A DNA stretch of 64,000 nucleotides, taken from positions 1,451,855 through 1,515,854 of the forward strand of contig CAWHUA010000008.1 in the NCBI GenBank assembly GCA_963832375.1. The letters are read 5' to 3'. Positions within the stretch are counted from its first letter, which is position 1; every line of letters starts with the position of its first letter. Made by a program: the position numbers and the translations under genes. This document shows, piece after piece, positions 63,749 to 64,000 of this stretch. The notes beneath the pieces were generated by a model. That model made no database searches. It was not told the origin of the DNA and saw only the letters and a list, made by a program, of their open reading frames with translations. This DNA is from Vicinamibacterales bacterium (GTDB taxonomy: Bacteria > Acidobacteriota > Vicinamibacteria > Vicinamibacterales > JAMQPK01).

Positions 63749-64000
63749 TCACTTCCTCAGGAGCGCCGTCCAGTTGAGGATGATGTTGATGGGCGACGGA
63801 GCGTCTTCGATCCGCGTGTTGACGAGGAATCGCTGACCATTCGCGGTGACCGCGTAATTCGATCGGTACGGATTGCCGGTCAGCGGCACGCGTGTGTCGA
63901 AGAGCGCTTTCGGCACACCGTAGTCGAAGGCGTTACCGGCAGGAATCACGACGCTCATCAGCTTGTTGTCGGATGCCAGGTAGAAGAGCTCGTTGCCATC
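63749..64000 (-). CDS. C-terminal end of a second TolB-like beta-propeller protein (kinase-type tail); the gene continues beyond the window end
   Basis: ...NELFYLASDNKLMSVVIPAGNAFDYGVPKALFDTRVPLTGNPYRSNYAVTANGQRFLVNTRIEDAPSPINIILNWTALLRK*, paralogous to the tail of 58460..61181. Confidence 0.6.
   Translation of the reverse strand, partial: DGNELFYLASDNKLMSVVIPAGNAFDYGVPKALFDTRVPLTGNPYRSNYAVTANGQRFLVNTRIEDAPSPINIILNWTALLRK

Overview
This is a high-GC bacterial chromosomal window. The gene content looks Acidobacteriota-like (Ser/Thr kinases fused to TolB-like beta-propellers), but that taxon call is inference only. All functional calls come from motif recognition in the translations, since no homology search was possible. 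No rRNA, tRNA, CRISPR array, transposase or integrase was recognised.

Layout:
- 1-3.0 kb (minus strand): glmS 5' part, a GAF-GGDEF diguanylate cyclase and wecB.
- 3.0-9.8 kb: two small unknown genes, two stand-alone ATP-grasp ligases, an Ldh_2-family oxidoreductase and an APH-like kinase.
- 9.9-43.8 kb: 29 consecutive plus-strand genes forming one very large polysaccharide locus. It holds two LuxR-type regulators with atypical receivers, an outer-membrane barrel, a Wza-like exporter, a Wzc-like co-polymerase/tyrosine kinase, the Wzm/Wzt ABC exporter, 14 glycosyltransferases, a Wzy/ligase-like membrane protein, an FkbM methyltransferase, a bi-domain oxidoreductase, a glucuronyl C5-epimerase-like protein, a WecA/MraY-type initiating transferase with a long C-terminal extension, and a formyltransferase-like / deacetylase / GNAT trio.
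- 43.8-64 kb: NHL-repeat protein, a ~1218-aa secreted multidomain protein, an alpha/beta hydrolase, a methyltransferase, an ArsR-SRPBCC pair, a disrupted LplT-Aas-type gene, a TetR/DinB/M20 group, a Ser/Thr kinase, an RHH-MazF toxin-antitoxin pair, a PQQ dehydrogenase with a lanthanide-type DxD signature, and a second kinase-type tail.

Most noteworthy observations:
1. A short tandem repeat family, (GGTTCGT + 1-3 nt)n, sits directly after stop codons at three loci. Between convergent genes the two arrays are mutually complementary.
2. The polysaccharide locus mixes Wzy-type parts (Wza, Wzc, Wzy-like) with ABC-transporter parts (Wzm, Wzt, terminator methyltransferase). No Wzx flippase is present in the window.
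3. Ten reading-frame breaks, each equivalent to one extra nucleotide, plus one in-frame TAA. They cluster in the flanks and spare about 30 kb of the glycosyltransferase core. This may be an assembly artefact and must be checked before any pseudogene interpretation.
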